Shown here: positions 49,558 to 49,651 of the stretch, in pieces
How positions within the stretch are numbered: position 1 is the first letter of the stretch
How the letters are laid out: each line of letters begins with the position of its first letter
Origin: Gnetum montanum
Taxonomy: Eukaryota > Plantae > Gnetophyta
DNA length: 49,651 nucleotides
Assembly: GCA_015680685.1 (NCBI GenBank)
Contig: MNCI01000449.1
Span: 119,577-169,227 of the forward strand
Direction of reading: 5' to 3'
Translations under genes and position numbers: made by a program
Notes under the pieces: generated by a model
The model's database searches: none
What the model was told of the DNA's origin: nothing
The model's input: the letters and a program-made list of their open reading frames with translations, nothing else

Positions 49558-49651
49558 TGATGAGACGCGCTCTGCACAGGCCGCGATATCGCGTACGTGA
49601 TATCGCGACCGCCGCGATATCGCATCCCATGCGATATCGTGTACGCGATAT
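49558..49651 (+). mobile_element. Start of an LTR of the same Athila-like family
   Basis: TGATGAGACGCG...GCACAGGCCGCGATATCGC is the reverse complement of the 345-378 end; runs off the window. Confidence 0.75.

Noticed and set aside
277-49651. Inverted repeats at both window ends suggesting a giant TIR element carrying the two genes
   Set aside because: They are 5' ends (TGATGAG...) of the same LTR family in opposite orientations, each reading outwards, and a third older LTR copy has a PBS. They are not TIRs of one element.

Overview
AT-rich land-plant nuclear DNA with two N gaps (42-136 and 37356-37741). Two spliced host genes can be rebuilt by hand on the minus strand: a nuclear-encoded plastid ribosomal protein L35 (3 exons, 6991-10737) and a QSOX-type sulfhydryl oxidase (12 exons, about 492 aa, spread over 33 kb at 14300-47590). 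The four largest QSOX introns are expanded by retroelements: three RTE-clade LINEs, a Copia LTR remnant with intact LTRs, PBS and TSD, an old L1 remnant, and three diverged copies of an unusual L1-type LINE. Athila-like LTRs sit at both window ends. The main observation is that these L1-type LINEs carry an extra third ORF downstream of ORF2 (between ORF2 and the poly(A) tail in the full-length copy). ORF3 has a conserved N-terminal domain shared by all three copies and a charged coiled-coil-like segment. In two copies it ends in a DnaJ/J-domain (intact HPD in one copy) followed by a His/Cys tail. All copies here are pseudogenised, and family assignments come from motif recognition, not database searches.
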